Source: Octopus sinensis (taxonomy: Eukaryota). From it: a DNA stretch of 64,000 bases. This document shows, piece after piece, positions 63,601 through 64,000 of the stretch (positions are counted from its first letter, which is position 1; each line of letters begins with the position of its first letter). The notes beneath the pieces were generated by a model. It was not told the DNA's origin and did no database searches. It saw only the letters and a program-made list of their open reading frames with translations. Both the position numbers and the translations under genes were made by a program. The DNA lies in contig NC_043001.1 in assembly GCF_006345805.1 (NCBI RefSeq), forward strand, positions 38,750,001-38,814,000. The letters run 5' to 3'.

Positions 63601-64000
63601 ATCAGGAATTACCACAATCATCTTCATCATTATCACCGTTTAATGTCCATTTACCATGCTGGAATGAGTCAGATGTGTCTTTTACATGGCACTAGCACCA
63701 GTGAGGTCACCAAGTAACTTGCAAGTCAAAAATCCTTCAACTGAGAGCGTGAGTGGGTTATGACATAGTCACTAGTATGGTTAATCAGGTTGTCCACAAA
63801 AGTATCACGCCCAACAACTGCTACAAATGTAAAGGAAAGGGCTTAGACAGAAGTAATTAGAGGCATGATATTCCTGGAGCAGGTCATGAAAGTAACAGAA
63901 AACAGTTATAACCTCAACTAATTAGGAAGAGAGTTAACAAAGATGAGATACAGCTCGTTTTTGTGTCAGGGCAACCAGTACTGATGCTATCTTCTAAGTA
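60610..64000 (+). mobile_element. Degenerate, rearranged RTE LINE fragments
   Basis: EN relic, ORFs 62002-62244 (LAFVDLEKAFDKV), 62258-62668 (LYTDD...KTKV...Cys cluster), 62945-63130; tail at ~63340-63500; further RT fragments to the window end. Confidence 0.85.

Noticed and set aside
1-64000. CRISPR arrays, rRNA or intact tRNA genes
   Set aside because: No repeat-unique-spacer periodicity; the tRNA-like boxes belong to SINE heads, and the tRNA-Phe match is only 12 nt.

Overview
AT-rich animal genomic DNA, most of it transposon-derived. The repeat landscape (RTE LINEs with (GAT)n tails, tRNA-derived SINEs, Penelope relics, dense microsatellites) resembles octopus/cephalopod DNA; this is inference and was not searched. 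Host coding signal is sparse: one clear minus-strand phase-1/phase-1 Ig-domain exon (24301-23981) and two tentative 3' exons (3090-3065 and 2313-2291, ending ...SYL*). The standout is a very young, GC-rich, nearly intact 4.26-kb Ty3/Gypsy-type LTR retrotransposon (55350-59613, minus strand, TATCT TSD, LTRs differing at 1 of 275 nt). Its primer-binding site is not a canonical TGG-type PBS but the exact complement of the first 12 nt of tRNA-Phe(GAA). It also has a GGGAAAC slippery site plus pseudoknot at the gag-pol overlap. Other notable structures: a Gypsy<piggyBac<RTE nest whose piggyBac termini match a 222-bp MITE elsewhere in the window, a 399-bp terminally redundant insertion with a 12-bp TSD, and a PHD-type finger inside the RT of the RTE LINEs. 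Boundaries of degenerate repeats are approximate.
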